The notes beneath the pieces were generated by a model. It did no database searches and was not told the origin of the DNA. It was given only the letters and a program-made list of their open reading frames with translations. The position numbers and the translations under genes were made by a program. From IMG/VR virus record IMGVR_UViG_2663762841_000005: a DNA stretch of 15,620 nt; one strand, written 5' to 3'. This document shows, piece by piece, positions 15,056 to 15,620 of the stretch. Position 1 is the stretch's first letter. The number at the start of each line of letters is the position of its first letter. The stretch comes from a virus (lineage: Duplodnaviria > Heunggongvirae > Uroviricota > Caudoviricetes).

Positions 15056-15593
15056 GACGATGCCCTCCGCTGATATTCAGGAGACGGTGAATATGAAAAT
15101 TAGCCTTATCCGCCAGACGAATACGTTCAGCCTGCAAGTTAAGAAGGGTTTCTACCAGAACTTGATGCGCCTGCGGATCCGAAAGAGTTACCTTGCGCAG
15201 AGCACGTAGTGCAGTTGTTACATAACTGAGTTTATGTAAGTCTTCATCATTCAGACGAGTGAGGGCTGGGACAGTAGCCATGATGGCAGCCTCCGATAAC
15301 AGTGAATTACCTTCACCACCGGAAACGCCAATTTCGCTGGTGGTGAACTGAACGGGGTTGGCGTAACCGGCGTTATCGGAAACCGGCGCACCTTTCGGTG
15401 CCCCCGTCCAGCCCACCATAATTTGGGTGTGCACAGACGCAGACGATAAAAAAGACGCTGGCGCGTCATATATCGCCGATAACATTTCCAGGACGCCAAT
15501 CCCGGCACCCGCTTTATAAGGTGCCTGAACAGTGTAACGTCCCGGAATGGCAGAATCAATGTGCTGGTGGTCCTTCACACTCAACAAAATCAC
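15048..15593 (-). CDS. Hypothetical phage protein (181 aa); start may lie nearer the window edge
   Basis: Longest ORF in the region; overlaps the next gene by 8 bp. No family recognised; an alternative-frame ORF (15251..15559) is judged spurious. Confidence 0.4.
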   Translation of the reverse strand: MILLSVKDHQHIDSAIPGRYTVQAPYKAGAGIGVLEMLSAIYDAPASFLSSASVHTQIMVGWTGAPKGAPVSDNAGYANPVQFTTSEIGVSGGEGNSLLSEAAIMATVPALTRLNDEDLHKLSYVTTALRALRKVTLSDPQAHQVLVETLLNLQAERIRLADKANFHIHRLLNISGGHRHA

Positions 15594-15620
15594 GCCTGAA
15601 TTTCCACAAAGGACTAAAGC

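Larger units (their letters stand above)
1580..15620 (+). mobile_element. Prophage-derived integrative element inserted at the 5' end of dusA (partial; continues beyond the window end)
   Basis: A tyrosine integrase sits immediately next to the dusA start, followed by lambdoid prophage genes (Q, RusA, KilA-N, Dam, O/DnaT-like replication protein, holin, endolysin) and two AT-rich cargo modules. The right boundary (attR) is not in the window. Confidence 0.75.

Overview
The window looks like an Enterobacteriaceae (E. coli-like) chromosome at the pspG-dusA locus, with a mobile element integrated at the 5' end of dusA. Positions 1-1579 are host: a bidirectional terminator, pspG with its sigma-54/IHF promoter, and dusA (all minus strand). 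From about 1580 to the window end is a prophage-derived island: a tyrosine integrase next to the dusA 5' end, a LexA-box-controlled DinI-like gene, and a minus-strand lambdoid block running O/DnaT-like replication gene (with internal iteron-like repeats), PerC-like, Dam-like methyltransferase, LexA-like DNA-binding protein, RusA, KilA-N, DUF968/HNH-like, antiterminator Q, a second DNA methyltransferase, a phage-21-type pinholin and a 3'-truncated SAR endolysin. No head or tail genes are present in the window, so the prophage looks defective here. Two visibly AT-rich cargo modules sit on the plus strand against this background. The first (about 3107-5300) is a promoter, a hairpin-rich non-coding region bounded by a 12-nt inverted repeat, a multi-TM membrane protein and an overlapping reverse transcriptase, ending in a terminator that abuts the broken endolysin; it resembles a retron or defence-associated RT system. 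The second (7593-9982) is a translationally coupled pair, a YejK/NdpA-like nucleoid-associated protein plus a protein with C-terminal TM helices, inserted convergently right after Q; I regard this pair as the best candidate for an undescribed (possibly abortive-infection) system. All protein assignments rest on recalled family motifs and reading the six-frame track by eye; no searches, folding or GC computation were run.
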